Virus record (IMG/VR): IMGVR_UViG_3300021791_000008
Coordinates: 1-27,414 of that record
Length of the DNA: 27,414 nt
Origin: a virus
Lineage: Duplodnaviria > Caudoviricetes
Direction: 5' to 3' (one strand)
Position 1 is the stretch's first letter. Every line of letters starts with the position of its first letter. Under the pieces are notes generated by a model. The model was not told where the DNA came from, made no database searches, and saw only the letters and a program-made list of their open reading frames with translations. This document shows, one piece after another, positions 7,363 through 15,855 of this stretch. The position numbers and the translations under genes are program-made.

Positions 7363-7846
7363 TCGCACCGTCAAGGATTACTTCGCCCCTACATTGACGC
7401 CACCCAGGAGGCCCGGGGGGTATGAGTTGTTATCGGATGCAATACTTGCACAAGCCCTTGACGATTGCCTTGTGTCGCCTCCCTCTTGTGTGGCGGATCG
7501 CCAAGGGCGTGAGTTAAACACCCCGGCGTCGGTTGCGTCTTATTCGACGCATCGCCGGGAGGCGTTGCGGGGGAGGGATTCGGCCCTTTTGTTCTTGATG
7601 CGGCGGGGGTTGTGGATGGTGGCCTTATGCGATCATTGTGGTTATTCCTCGACTGAGTTACAGCGAGCGGCAAAGGTGGCCCTAAGTGCCCGGCCGGGTT
7701 CGCAAAAATTAAAGAGGCAAACCTGGGCGACGGTCGCCGAAGGTACGGATAAGGTTTTAAAATCAGCCGGAGCGGGAGGTCGGATAAGACGCCGCGGCGG
7801 CCGGAAGTGGAGACAACAAAAAGAAGACGATAAAAAACAGGATTGA
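7355..7846 (+). CDS. Hypothetical protein, possible late-transcription regulator
   Basis: Last gene before the putative late promoter; function inferred from position only. Confidence 0.55.
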   Translation: MVDRTVKDYFAPTLTPPRRPGGYELLSDAILAQALDDCLVSPPSCVADRQGRELNTPASVASYSTHRREALRGRDSALLFLMRRGLWMVALCDHCGYSSTELQRAAKVALSARPGSQKLKRQTWATVAEGTDKVLKSAGAGGRIRRRGGRKWRQQKEDDKKQD

Positions 7847-7893
7847 CAAACACCCCTCCGTCGTATAAGTCTTTAGATTATCAATAAAGACAA
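7843..7893 (+). promoter_or_regulatory. Putative late promoter with overlapping iteron-like operator
   Basis: TTGACA 7843-7848; TATAAG 7864-7869 (short 15-bp spacer); TTATCAATAAAGACAA 7878-7893. Confidence 0.55.
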
Positions 7894-7907
7894 CTACGGA
7901 GCCCACC

Positions 7908-9104
7908 ATTAGCAAAATAAAATCCCTTGACGATTTAACGCCAGACCAACAGAACGCCAACCAAGGCACGGAGCGCGGGCTTGCTATGTTAGAGGGGAGC
8001 CTTGAGCGGTACGGCGCTGGGCGCTCTATTCTGATAGATAAGCATGGCTCGGTTATCGCCGGGAACAAAACGCTACAAGCGGCAAACGAGAAGGGGCTAG
8101 GGGTGCGGGTTGTTGAGACGACAGGGAAAGAACTTGTCGCCGTACAGCGTACCGACCTGGATTTAAACGAAGGAGAGTCCGCCCGGAAGTTGGCTTATTA
8201 CGATAACAGGGTCGGAGAGTTGGATTTGAATTGGGACGGTGAGCAAATATTTAAGGACATCGAAAGCGGGCTTGACCTCGGGGATTTGTGGACGGCCGGA
8301 GAACTCCCGGAGCGGGAGGTCGGCGAATTGCCCGACGCTCCTAACGCAAAGTTTGAAGAGGCAAAGGAGTTACTCGAAAAGTATCAAGTGAAGTTGGGGC
8401 AACTTTGGAGGTTGGGCGATCATCGACTTGTTTGCGGTGACTGCACTGATAAGGCGACGATGAATTATCTCATGTCTGGGGTAAAGGCTGATATGGTGTT
8501 CACTGATCCACCTTATGGTGTGAATGTTACTGGCAGGGGTGGAAATTCCCTCGCTGGGGATATTTCGTTCACCTGTATCCCCCTTATGTTTTTGAGGCTG
8601 GATGAGGTTTTAGCCGACAAGGCTTGGGTGTATATCTGTGGGAGTTGTTCTAATATGGCTTTGTATTGTAAGATGTTTGAGGAGTATTTCCGCAGCATTC
8701 CGAATGTGATTGTTTGGGATAAGGGCCACTTTGTTATGCGGCGTAACGGTTATCACTCAAGTTATGAGTTTATCTATTATGCATTTCGTGAAGGCGGTGG
8801 AGACCGCTGGTATGGAGGACGGGGAGATCGTGACGCCAGCGATGTATGGCGCTACTCTTCACCGCATGACAGGCAACATTTGACACAGAAACCCATTGAG
8901 ATTCCAACCCGCTCGATCAGCAACTCGTGCCCTAAGGACGGTGTTGTATTAGATCCTTTTCTTGGATCAGGAACGACGTTGATCGCTGCAGAGAGACAAA
9001 AACGAAAAGGATATTTTATTGAGATTGATCCGCTATACGTTGCAGTAGCCTTGCAGCGCTGGGCAGACTTGACAGGCAAGGAGCCGGAGTTGTTAACCAA
9101 ATGA
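7908..9104 (+). CDS. ParB-like N-terminal domain fused to an N6-adenine/N4-cytosine DNA methyltransferase (beta class)
   Basis: LTPDQQNAN...SLERYGAGRSILID...IAGN; FTDPPY precedes HLTQKP and LDPFLGSGTT; probable ATT start at 7908 (track starts at 7986). Confidence 0.9.
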   Translation: MSKIKSLDDLTPDQQNANQGTERGLAMLEGSLERYGAGRSILIDKHGSVIAGNKTLQAANEKGLGVRVVETTGKELVAVQRTDLDLNEGESARKLAYYDNRVGELDLNWDGEQIFKDIESGLDLGDLWTAGELPEREVGELPDAPNAKFEEAKELLEKYQVKLGQLWRLGDHRLVCGDCTDKATMNYLMSGVKADMVFTDPPYGVNVTGRGGNSLAGDISFTCIPLMFLRLDEVLADKAWVYICGSCSNMALYCKMFEEYFRSIPNVIVWDKGHFVMRRNGYHSSYEFIYYAFREGGGDRWYGGRGDRDASDVWRYSSPHDRQHLTQKPIEIPTRSISNSCPKDGVVLDPFLGSGTTLIAAERQKRKGYFIEIDPLYVAVALQRWADLTGKEPELLTK

Positions 9105-9556
9105 CCGACAAAGAGAAAGAACACCGAGAGAACAGGGAAGCCCGCCCGAGGTACAAGGCGCCTGAGGCGCTGTTGAAAAACAGATACAAACCCGGGCAAA
9201 GCGGCAACCCTAACGGACGGCCGAAAGGGCAAAAGGATGGGCTTAGGGCGCACTTGAACAGGTTGCTACAAACACAAGCGCCCGACGTCGTTGTTGATAA
9301 GTTAAAAGCATACGGCTTACAGGTTAACGGCCGGGGCCGGGTGACGTCTAACGCCGCAGCGATTGCCGGCGTTGTTACCTTGATGGCCCAACAGGGCAAC
9401 CCGGAAATGATAAAAATCATTGAGCGCCAAACGGAGAAGCCGCTGGCGCAGTCTGTAGAGATGAAAGTTGAGGAGATCGCACCTGAGCGCAAACGATTCA
9501 TTGATCGCGTTGTTGGACTGGAAGAAGCGATGGACAGCGACGCCGGCAAAAATTAA
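9101..9556 (+). CDS. terS: Terminase small subunit (DUF5681-like)
   Basis: YKPGQSGNPNGRPKG motif; directly upstream of TerL. Confidence 0.85.
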   Translation: MTDKEKEHRENREARPRYKAPEALLKNRYKPGQSGNPNGRPKGQKDGLRAHLNRLLQTQAPDVVVDKLKAYGLQVNGRGRVTSNAAAIAGVVTLMAQQGNPEMIKIIERQTEKPLAQSVEMKVEEIAPERKRFIDRVVGLEEAMDSDAGKN

Positions 9557-10805
9557 ACGGCAAGCCCTAGAGGGAGCGACCGAGCATGATTTTAATTTTA
9601 TCTCTCGAGAATGGTGGCTTAATGCTCGCGCCTCGCAATGGTTGCCACAGGGTGATTGGGCCGTGTGGCTTATCCTTACAGGTAGGGGGTGGGGTAAGAC
9701 ACGGACGGCGGTCGAGACCGTCAACGTTTGGGCCAATACTGGGACTTATGGGAGATTCCACTTGATCGCACCGACGGCGGGAGATGCTCGAGACGTGATG
9801 GTCGAAGGCGACAGCGGTTTCCTTAATGTTGGGAGAAGTTCTGAGCGTCCAACATACGAACCAAGCAAGCGCCGCCTAACTTGGGCAAATGGAGCCGTAG
9901 GAACGCTTTTCTCCGCGGAAGAGCCTGATAGGTTGCGCGGCCCTCAATGCGATTGCTGGTGGGCCGACGAGGTGCGTTCCTGGGCAAACCTACAAGAAAC
10001 TTGGGACAACTTGCAATTAGGGGCAAGGTTGGGCGATCAAGTGCGGGGGATAGTTACAACGACACCCCGGCCGCTTTTGTTCCTTCGCGAATTATCAGAG
10101 AGGGCCGACGTTGCTTTAACTCGGGGCTCAACGTTTGAGAATAAAAAAAATCTTTCCCCTTCCTTTCTTGAGGCCCTAGAGGACAGGTACTCCGGCACGC
10201 GGTTAGGCCGGCAAGAGGTAGAGGGCGACCTGTTAGCAGACAACCCCGGGGCGTTATGGCGTAGGGAGTGGATCGAGGAGAACCGCGTCATTGGATGCGA
10301 TGTTGACCTTGTTGCTCTATATGTGGGGCTTGACCCCTCCGCAACGAGCGGAGGGGATGAGGCCGGCGTTGTCGTTGCTGGGCGCGGGTCAGATGGGCGT
10401 TATTATGTTATCGGTGACCACTCTCTCCAGGGGCCGCCGCACGAATGGGCAAAGGCGGCGCTAACTGCATACTATACACACGGCGCGGATAAAATAATTT
10501 ACGAAAGAAACCAGGGCGGGGAGATGGTAAAATTGACATTGAGAACCGTCGACCATGCGGCCTCCATTGACTCCGTATGGGCGAGCAGGGGGAAAGCAAC
10601 GAGGGCGCAACCTATCGCCGCACTATATGAGCAGGGCAGGGTCTCTCATGTTGGGCGGTTTGACAAGTTGGAGGATGAGTTGTGCCAATGGGCCGACGGC
10701 GACTCCGTGTCTCCTAATAGGCTTGACGCACTAGTGTGGGTTTTATCAAAATTGCATTTTGGGTCGCGGTTGTTATCTTCGAGCCGGGAGGCAGTAGGAA
10801 TTTAA
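9468..10805 (+). CDS. terL: Terminase large subunit (start uncertain)
   Basis: Walker A GRGWGKT, Walker B WWADE, coupling motif TTTP, nuclease VGLDPS...DRLDALVW. Confidence 0.96.
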   Translation: MRRSHLSANDSLIALLDWKKRWTATPAKIKRQALEGATEHDFNFISREWWLNARASQWLPQGDWAVWLILTGRGWGKTRTAVETVNVWANTGTYGRFHLIAPTAGDARDVMVEGDSGFLNVGRSSERPTYEPSKRRLTWANGAVGTLFSAEEPDRLRGPQCDCWWADEVRSWANLQETWDNLQLGARLGDQVRGIVTTTPRPLLFLRELSERADVALTRGSTFENKKNLSPSFLEALEDRYSGTRLGRQEVEGDLLADNPGALWRREWIEENRVIGCDVDLVALYVGLDPSATSGGDEAGVVVAGRGSDGRYYVIGDHSLQGPPHEWAKAALTAYYTHGADKIIYERNQGGEMVKLTLRTVDHAASIDSVWASRGKATRAQPIAALYEQGRVSHVGRFDKLEDELCQWADGDSVSPNRLDALVWVLSKLHFGSRLLSSSREAVGI

Positions 10806-10806
10806 A

Positions 10807-12369
10807 ATGACAACGCTAAACTTAAAACAGATCGAAGAAATTTTAGGATCGCCAGACGCGCAACGGAAGCGCGACTCGATGACACGGCGAATCGATTACT
10901 ATACAGGAGCGCAAGCAATAACGCGCAACCAACGACAGAACCCGGATGGCTCGTCGCGTGTGGCTACCGTCCACAATAAAATTAGGGAAATGGTCGACCG
11001 CTTAACTGGGTTCTCGTTGGCGGACGGTGTGAAAATTTCGCACTCAGGACTTGACGCCGACTTGTCATCGGACAAAGAAGGGCAGACGGGGCTTGATATT
11101 TACCAGGAGATCAAAGCAGGGAACGACCTTGAGACGGTTGACGTTGAACACTTCCGGGAGTGTTTGGTTTCTAATTTTGCCGTTGAGATACATACAACGA
11201 TCGAGAAGGACGGCGCTATCGAGTTGGTTATAACACAAACCCCCTCGCATGAGTGGACGTTGATTTATAACGAGAGTAACGAATTGTTTGTCGGTATTCG
11301 TCAAACCTTGATCCCTGCGTGTTCTTATTGGCGCGGAGAATATCAGGCCGAGACGGTGCGAGTTGTGGAGGTTTACGACTCCGAGGAAATTTCCTTTTAT
11401 AAGGATACAAAGTACAAACGTGCAGCGCGCACGGCGTATAAACAACGGGTGAGTCTTGAGGCCGCCGGCGACTCTGTTATTCATAATTATGGGCGGCCCC
11501 CTCTTGTGGTGTTCTCCACCACGCGGGATAGGGTCAACTATATTTCGGATTCAATGACCGGCCTACAAGACCACCTAAACGACTTGCTGTCAGGCAACGG
11601 AAACGATGTAAAACGGACAAGCGACGGTATGCTGGCCCTGAAAGGGTATGAACCATCCGCCGAGAATGAGCGGGTCGTTGAGAAGGCGAAGGAATCCGGC
11701 GTTATAATTCTAGCCGCCGACGGGTCAATTGAGAATATAACTTTTGGCTCTTCCGTTGATCGTGTCCGATACCAAGTTGACGAAACCCGGCAATCACTAT
11801 TTGAGGAGGGCGACGTTCCAGACATTGAGCGCATCGTCGGAGCAACAGGGTCAACCTCTGGGATTGCTCTAAAATTAAAATCAACGCCGATGAAACATCG
11901 CGCCGACATGATGTTGAAATATTTTAAAAATGGGATAAGAGATAGAATTGATTTAATCAATCACGTTCTCGGAGTGTTGGGTAGTCCTCTGATTGAGGAT
12001 TATAAAATAACGATAGAGCCCCGCCTGATCCTCAATGACGTTGAGGTGTGGCAAGCGATCCGCCAACTAGATAACCTTGTTAGCACTAAGACGCAATTAT
12101 CACTGATCCCGGGCATTGACGACCCGAGCGGCGAGTTTGGTTTGTTGCAGGAGCAGCAAGGGGTTAGCGACGGAGCGGAAGACCCAGCACGGGCCGCCGT
12201 TGCCTTAGATAGAGCCGTTCAGATTTCGGCTACAGCCTTGGAGCCCGTTATGGATTCCATGATTCAGCAAGTTGGAGACGCTGCGCTGGGCTCGATGATT
12301 AAGAACGGATCAATCGACGACTTAATAAAACTAAGGCAGAACGCCGGAAGCGAGGAACCAAATGCGTAG
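10807..12369 (+). CDS. Portal protein, SPP1 gp6-like
   Basis: 520 aa after TerL; DYYTG, HNYGRPP and TSGIALKLK motifs. Confidence 0.88.
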   Translation: MTTLNLKQIEEILGSPDAQRKRDSMTRRIDYYTGAQAITRNQRQNPDGSSRVATVHNKIREMVDRLTGFSLADGVKISHSGLDADLSSDKEGQTGLDIYQEIKAGNDLETVDVEHFRECLVSNFAVEIHTTIEKDGAIELVITQTPSHEWTLIYNESNELFVGIRQTLIPACSYWRGEYQAETVRVVEVYDSEEISFYKDTKYKRAARTAYKQRVSLEAAGDSVIHNYGRPPLVVFSTTRDRVNYISDSMTGLQDHLNDLLSGNGNDVKRTSDGMLALKGYEPSAENERVVEKAKESGVIILAADGSIENITFGSSVDRVRYQVDETRQSLFEEGDVPDIERIVGATGSTSGIALKLKSTPMKHRADMMLKYFKNGIRDRIDLINHVLGVLGSPLIEDYKITIEPRLILNDVEVWQAIRQLDNLVSTKTQLSLIPGIDDPSGEFGLLQEQQGVSDGAEDPARAAVALDRAVQISATALEPVMDSMIQQVGDAALGSMIKNGSIDDLIKLRQNAGSEEPNA

Positions 12370-12685
12370 GGTATTACTTAACGCCCTTGACTATAAGAGC
12401 CCAAGGAAAAAAAGCAACGCCTCGAAGATGTTTCCTAATGGTCGCCCGCTGATTATGCCTCGGGAGCACAGGTATAGGGCGCCCGTTCCCAAGTGGACGA
12501 GCGTAAGGCCCGGGGGAACGCTTTTGCTTTGTCGTGGGTGCAAGACATTCCAGAGCCGCTTGATTTGGTACTATGGCGTTGAGGGGCCTTTTTGTCCGCC
12601 GTGTAAGGCGAAGGTTCAGCGGGCCGGAGTTGACAAGGCGTTTTTGTGGCGCACGTTCCGACCTAAATTGAGCGTCGGAGTTTAA
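12362..12685 (+). CDS. Basic hypothetical protein with CxxC...CxxC
   Basis: Fills the portal-to-head-morphogenesis gap; CRGC and CPPC. Confidence 0.55.
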   Translation: MRRVLLNALDYKSPRKKSNASKMFPNGRPLIMPREHRYRAPVPKWTSVRPGGTLLLCRGCKTFQSRLIWYYGVEGPFCPPCKAKVQRAGVDKAFLWRTFRPKLSVGV

Positions 12686-12690
12686 TCCTG

Positions 12691-13485
12691 ATGGTTGCAG
12701 ACAACACCGCCCCAATGACAAAAAAGGAAATGATGGAAATCATGGAACTGGCTGGGATGGGTGAATATCTAACCGCAGACAAAAAAAAAGCCGCAGCGCT
12801 TGCGGAGATGTTATTGCAAGGGGCGGCGGTAGTGCAAGAGCAACTCGAGCCGGAGTTGTACGCTAAATATCTAGACGCGATAACGTCAAAGACAAGCCCC
12901 GCCTCACTGGAGCACGCGCGGGCTAGGTCGATAGCAGACGCTAAGCGAATTACTGGGAATATGACGCAATCGGAATTGTCAAAGATAAATAATCAAATTG
13001 CTAAAGGGCTAGAGGCCGGACTGCATCCGCACAGGGTGGCCTCTGGGTTGTCTGAGGTTCGAGGGCTAGACGCTGCAAGGGCGGCGCGATACAGGAAAAC
13101 AATTGAATATCTTGAGTCTTCAGGGTTGACCGATGATGCACAACTCAAGAAGCGCGCGGAGCAAGAGTTCAAACGATTGCTTAGGGACAGGCGGAGAGTC
13201 ATAGCAAGAACAGAGATGAGGGACGCACAAGGCACGGCGCGAATGTTTGAGGCAAAGCGGAGGGGGTCAAAGTTTAAGTTATGGAACACCGCCGGCGATG
13301 ATTTGGTTTCCGAGCATTGCGAAGATAACGAGGCGGCGGGAGCAATCCCAATGGACGAGGCGTTTCCGTCCGGGGATATGAGGCCGCCCGCTCATCCGAA
13401 TTGTAGGTGCAACGCCTCTTTTTATTCAGACGAGGGAGACGCGAAGGAAAGCGCAGAATTAAAACCCGCAAGGGTTGGGGCATAA
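12691..13485 (+). CDS. Minor head morphogenesis protein (SPP1 gp7/Mu gpF family)
   Basis: IARTE...KLWNTAGD...C...PPAHPNCRC. Confidence 0.92.
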   Translation: MVADNTAPMTKKEMMEIMELAGMGEYLTADKKKAAALAEMLLQGAAVVQEQLEPELYAKYLDAITSKTSPASLEHARARSIADAKRITGNMTQSELSKINNQIAKGLEAGLHPHRVASGLSEVRGLDAARAARYRKTIEYLESSGLTDDAQLKKRAEQEFKRLLRDRRRVIARTEMRDAQGTARMFEAKRRGSKFKLWNTAGDDLVSEHCEDNEAAGAIPMDEAFPSGDMRPPAHPNCRCNASFYSDEGDAKESAELKPARVGA

Positions 13486-13503
13486 AATAAAATAGGAGGA
13501 ATC

Positions 13504-14151
13504 ATGGCAGAACTTGCAACGTTGGGGCCAAAGACGAAAACGGAAAACCCCGAGACAGGGACGGAGAAAGACGCGGGCCTGATCGAATCGGTTTCCCCGG
13601 AGTCGGCGACGGACACGGCGACATTCACGGCGGAACAACAATCAGAAATCGAGCGGCGCGTCAATAGCGCCGTGTTAACTGCAAACGAAAAAGCCCGAGC
13701 AGAAAAGAAAGCGGCGTTAGATGTTGAAAGGGAGCGACTCGAAAAAGAGCGACTTGTGGAGAAGGGCGAATGGCAAAAAGTCGCCGAGAGGAATCAAGCA
13801 GAGTTGGACGTACTAAAAGCCAACCAAGCCCGGAACGATCATATCAACGCCGTTTCGGGGGCGCTCAAGATGGACGGATTGTCCGACTTGTCGGACATCG
13901 TCCTTAGGAAGCGAGAGACGCCGGAAGAGTTTGCGGAGATGGCAAAAGAAATAAACCTATTAATTGAGCAGCGAGTCGGCGAAAAACTCAACGAACGTTT
14001 GAACATCGGGAAGCCGACCCGGTCTGTTAATTTCGCACCGCCTTCCGGGCCTGTTGATTTTTCAAAAATGACGCCGACAGAATGGGCAGAGTACAAGGGA
14101 TCGAATAAGATCAACACATTAAGAGGAGGGAAGCCCCCAAGGGAGGCTTGA
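13504..14151 (+). CDS. Capsid scaffolding protein
   Basis: AGGAGG RBS; TFTAEQ motif, charged coiled coil, KMTPTEWAEY C-terminus; precedes the capsid gene. Confidence 0.8.
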   Translation: MAELATLGPKTKTENPETGTEKDAGLIESVSPESATDTATFTAEQQSEIERRVNSAVLTANEKARAEKKAALDVERERLEKERLVEKGEWQKVAERNQAELDVLKANQARNDHINAVSGALKMDGLSDLSDIVLRKRETPEEFAEMAKEINLLIEQRVGEKLNERLNIGKPTRSVNFAPPSGPVDFSKMTPTEWAEYKGSNKINTLRGGKPPREA

Positions 14152-14185
14152 CCCCTCACAAATTTATTTCAGGAGGATTTGAAAA

Positions 14186-15040
14186 ATGGCAAATGAAACA
14201 ACATCTACCACACTGAATGATCTAATCCAGGCAGCCATTGCTGAGGCCACCCTTACTCAATCACAAGGGGCCGACCTAACACAGACGGTGCGAACGATGG
14301 ACGTTCCGCGCGGAAAGTCTGGCGTTATTTTCCCCGACTTTGATTCGGAGACGGCGGCGACGGTTGCCGAAGGGACAGATTTATCCAACACCGCCTTTTC
14401 GACCGGGGGAAGTACCATCTCATGTGGGGAGGTAGGAGTCCAACTCACATTAACTGATGTCGCCGATTGGCAATCACAGCCCGCAAACGTTGGGGCTCAA
14501 TTGGGTGAGGTGGCCCGCGATGCGATAAACTCAGAAAAAACACAGGCGATATACGCCCTTCTTGGTGGCTTCAGTACGGCGATCGGAAGTTCTAACACTA
14601 ACATCACTGAGGCCCTGATTCTCCAGGGCGCGAGGACACTTAAGGGGGCACGAGCACCAAAGCCGTTTTATTTGGTTTGTACTCCGCACGTTGCGGAGGA
14701 TGTGTCGTCGCTGTATGCGACAAGCACATCGGTCACAAGCGAACAGATCCGCCGCCTAGTTTTGGACGAGGGGCAACTGCCGCCGATACACGGCGTAACC
14801 CTATTGGAAGTCGATAACCTCGCCCCGGGTTCGGGGAGTGGGGGCATCGACGAAGCCGATACAAATACCGGGATATATAGCCCCGGGGCTATTGGGCTTG
14901 CGTTAGGGTATGACCTGCGAATAGAACAGGAACGAGACGCATCTTTAAGGGCCTCTGAATTGGTCTTTACATCTTTTTACGGCGTCGGTGAAATCAAGGA
15001 TTCGTACGGCGTTGAATTGTTAGTAGACAACGCCGACTAG
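14186..15040 (+). CDS. Major capsid protein (HK97 fold expected)
   Basis: AGGAGG RBS; VAEGTDL, LRIEQERDASLRA...YGVGEI; position after the scaffold. Confidence 0.88.
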   Translation: MANETTSTTLNDLIQAAIAEATLTQSQGADLTQTVRTMDVPRGKSGVIFPDFDSETAATVAEGTDLSNTAFSTGGSTISCGEVGVQLTLTDVADWQSQPANVGAQLGEVARDAINSEKTQAIYALLGGFSTAIGSSNTNITEALILQGARTLKGARAPKPFYLVCTPHVAEDVSSLYATSTSVTSEQIRRLVLDEGQLPPIHGVTLLEVDNLAPGSGSGGIDEADTNTGIYSPGAIGLALGYDLRIEQERDASLRASELVFTSFYGVGEIKDSYGVELLVDNAD

Positions 15041-15047
15041 GTTTATT

Positions 15048-15082
15048 CTTTTGCGCGATCGAGTGCAAGAGTTTTCTCCTTT
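15048..15082 (+). terminator. Putative terminator or attenuator after the capsid gene
   Basis: CTTTTGCGC-GATCGA-GTGCAAGAG stem followed by TTTTCTCCTTT. Confidence 0.5.
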
Positions 15083-15155
15083 CTAAGATGGAGGGGGCGG
15101 GGTCAACCCTTCCCCCTCTACCTTGGGAGGGAACTAATCAAGGAAAGGATTTAAA

Positions 15156-15545
15156 ATGAGATCAAGAAAAACCCCACAAGGGCCGCCGGCTTACGCCGAG
15201 TGGAGAAACCCGGGAGCGCCTCCCGAGTCAGACCCGACACTGATGGTTAGAGCGAACACGGCAGACATAGGCGAACACTGGCGCCGTTATTATTATAACC
15301 GCAAGGGGCAGCGTGTTGTTGAGGGGTGGGTGATGATGTGGACGCCGCCCAAAGACACCGTGTTAGTTAAGCGCGGCCCATCGGGCGAAATGATTCGAGA
15401 GAAAAAAATAAACCCAGGCGGGAGGTTGTTTCAGTTACCGCCTGGCCGGCATCCTGGCGTTTATACGGCGAAGGGGTACACGCTGCGAATTCCCAACGGG
15501 CAGGAGGCACAGGAGACAAAGCGAGATGAGAAAAAAATCACTTAA
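15156..15545 (+). CDS. Hypothetical protein, tandem paralogue 1
   Basis: WRNPGA...GRLFQLPPGR...YTAKGY shared with the next ORF. Confidence 0.75.
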   Translation: MRSRKTPQGPPAYAEWRNPGAPPESDPTLMVRANTADIGEHWRRYYYNRKGQRVVEGWVMMWTPPKDTVLVKRGPSGEMIREKKINPGGRLFQLPPGRHPGVYTAKGYTLRIPNGQEAQETKRDEKKIT

Positions 15546-15846
15546 GAAGGCGGCAGGCCGTTCTATTATTTCCCTTAAGGAAAAATTGACGGCGCCTCCA
15601 AAAGAGAAAGAGAAAAATCAGGTCTTGCACTGGAAGAACCCCGGAGCAGAGAAGGGGTCGGACTCGATAGAGATAGAGAACACGGGGGACAGATGGAGCC
15701 CTGTTTTTTATGATCGCTCCGGAGTTCGGCGGGTACACTACAAGCAGTGTTTGTGGCGCCCCGATGGGCGGATTTTTATTTTGCCGACCGGGAGAAGCGC
15801 GGAGTATTATACACGGCGAGGTTGGAGCGAGTCGCCGCCAAAGTAG
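15526..15846 (+). CDS. Hypothetical protein, tandem paralogue 2
   Basis: WKNPGA...GRIFILPTGR...YTRRGW. Confidence 0.75.
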   Translation: MRKKSLKKAAGRSIISLKEKLTAPPKEKEKNQVLHWKNPGAEKGSDSIEIENTGDRWSPVFYDRSGVRRVHYKQCLWRPDGRIFILPTGRSAEYYTRRGWSESPPK

Positions 15847-15855
15847 GAGGGCCAA

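Noticed and set aside
8440-9060. Methyltransferase catalytic region looks more T-rich than its flanks, suggesting a domain swap
   Set aside because: Impression only; it needs a computed composition or codon analysis
9468-9556. TerS/TerL overlap with no clear TerL RBS, possibly a frameshift fusion
   Set aside because: Several in-frame TTG starts are available and such overlaps are common; no slippery motif identified
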